Below, one piece after another: positions 61,913 to 64,000 of a stretch of DNA of 64,000 nt. The position numbers and the translations under genes are program-made. The stretch spans positions 52,206,001 to 52,270,000 of the forward strand of contig CM059432.1 in NCBI GenBank assembly GCA_030390025.1. The letters are read 5' to 3'. Under the pieces are notes generated by a model. It was not told the origin of the DNA. It did not search any database and saw only the letters and a program-made list of their open reading frames with translations. Within the stretch, counting starts at the first letter, position 1. Each line of letters opens with the position of its first letter. This DNA is from Squalus acanthias. Its lineage: Eukaryota.

Positions 61913-64000
61913 CTGGAATTCAGCAGCAAAGAGGACAATCAGCATGTGCACATTTTTTTATTAGATAATTTAACTCTAATCTATCCAATATCATGAAAAC
62001 AATACAAACAAAATCAACATAAATGCTACATGGATGAATATCAGAAAGCAGATCATTCTAAATATAGCAAGTCCAGCCACTTCCTTGTAAACAGAATAAA
62101 CACACTAAAAAGTTAATTCTGCAATTCCCCACTCGCAACGAGTATGAGTCAGAGAATTGGGTCATGTGTTGCAACCCTATTTCCGACCCTCATTCATTTA
62201 GAGCACAGCTTCCCCCACCCACCCCAGGAGTGCGCAATTAATCTTTAACCCATTAAGAAAACATACAGCTAAAATACAATTGAAATCAAATTCAGCCACC
62301 CAGCTGATGCCACATTTATAATGTAGCACTGCTGTTGAAACCAGTCCCACCCCACCTATGGCAATAGTTCTACAAGATAAACAAGATCATAGAGATACCT
62401 GGAAAACAGATGCTGTTTCTACCCCCTGCCCCACTCTGCCAGTGCCAAACAACTGCCACTGGATACCATGGGCCAAACTAAACTCTCAGCCTAATGATAC
62501 AGACCAGAAGTAGTGATTTCACATTACTTGCTTGTACAAAACCCTTGACATCAGGGGGATTCACAGCCAGAAACCTGAGGACACAGCTGCAATTTTAAAC
62601 AAGTGCACATATGAACTGGGTGGAGCAATTGCCTTTCACCTCTGCGACCTGACCAGCGGAATGACGGTTTCCTCATCTCTAATAGTTACAACTATATGAA
62701 TTGAATTTGGATGGGAGGTGTGGGAAATAGAAAAATGCCACATTTATGTAGCAGGGACTACTAAGACACATTGTTGATGCAGGGTAGATGGAGCTTTAGT
62801 CTGTAACTGAATGTGCTATACTTGACCCAGGAGTGCTTGATGTTGACAAGGCATCTGAAATAGGAAGAGTTCCATTCCCCAGTACTAAAACCCTTCAAAA
62901 AAATTTTTTTTTTTAAAGTTTCAATAGTAATTTTCAATGGGGAATTGGATATTTACTTGAAATGGGAAAGAAAATGCAGGGGTGTGAAGAAAGAGCGGGA
63001 CAATTGGATAGCTCTTTCAAAGAGCCGGCACAGGCATGATGGGCCGAATAGCCTCTTTCTGTGTTGCTAGATTCTGTAACCCAACCACACATTTTAGCAA
63101 CCAGTTTTAAAATTTTAGAATTTTAAAAAATCCCCAGCTGCACATTGCATCACTCTGCTTGTGTAAGCTTTGTCTTTTGATGTTTTTTTAAAATAATGAT
63201 TTAAAAAAAGATAAAAGATCTACATTTAGCATTTTCACTGTAATGAAAGGTGATTTCATTCTCCCCTGCTGAAAACAATTGCTTGCTCTCATCTGTACCA
63301 TTCAGATACATTCTGAAGAGTTTAGATACACGCAGGATGCTTTATGAGAATGCTTGGAATGAGGTCACTCTGTACTCATCACTCAAACAGTTTGATATAA
63401 AACATGTGAAGCTGGTCTTGATCTAAAGTGTACTATAATACTCTACTGTACATTGGGAGGTCCAAATTGCCCAGAATCTGACCTCCACATGCAACATAAT
63501 CCATCTGAATTACAGACCCTACATCACTGTACTGTCAACCAGACTCACCTTAGGGAATGGTTTCATGCAGACATCAATTCAAACAGCTATTAAAAACGCT
63601 CAGTTCACTGGAAGTTTCAATAATCCATATTCAGCACTTAACAACACGCGGTTTCAGTATAACAGAAGTACAGAAAACATTTATTTTTGCAGTCTTTGAT
63701 GGTTTCAGCTATTAAAAATCACACTCCTTTTCCTTGGGCTCCTCTCATTAGGCACTTTTACACTGGCACTTGGGGTGCTCAGTAACAGCAGTGCTCAAGC
63801 AGAGACATGTGACCTTCAAGGGTCAACTTCCCCTCTTTACTGAATTAGTATGCTTGGCCCCATTAGAAGACCAAAAGAAAGAGGCTTTTGTTTTCCACAC
63901 CCTATTCTTAGGACTCTGGAAAAGTAGGAGGCGTGAATTTATTTATTTATTTATAGTATGGTCTACAGTCAGTAACTGCAGTACAGTAGCACTGCTGCCA

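Noticed and set aside
61913..61951. N-terminal [13 protein letters not shown] of the 202-aa TGIF ORF
   Set aside because: Intronic polypyrimidine tract and acceptor; the exon starts at VCNW.
62765..62850. Single degenerate unit resembling a common shark repeat (GGAGCTTTA.TCTGTA..GTGCT..GGAGTG.TTGATG)
   Set aside because: Too short and diverged to classify.

Overview
Repeat-dense vertebrate genomic DNA, most likely a cartilaginous fish (shark), judged from the CR1/L2/Penelope/RTE/Deu-SINE repertoire; the species cannot be fixed from the sequence. Only two host genes are visible, arranged tail-to-tail. The last two coding exons of DLGAP1 (GKAP/SAPAP1) lie on + (<1-119 and 12107-12322), and the last coding exon of TGIF1 lies on - (61343-61912). 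The last DLGAP1 intron and the ~45 kb between the genes are filled with nested retroelements, MITEs and two long low-complexity arrays. The most notable observations are: (1) an ORF1-less APE-RT LINE whose 5' end is a tRNA-derived Pol III SINE head, with an internally deleted SINE-like derivative in the same window; (2) Penelope-like elements and TSD-flanked mini-elements carrying minimal hammerhead ribozyme motifs; (3) an RTE insertion with a twin-priming-type 5' inversion; (4) a 1.7-kb CA array with ~34 TGIF/Meis-type TGACAG motifs and a ~670-bp higher-order repeat. Exon, TSD and motif coordinates were counted by eye; repeat boundaries are approximate and family names come from recall, not database searches.
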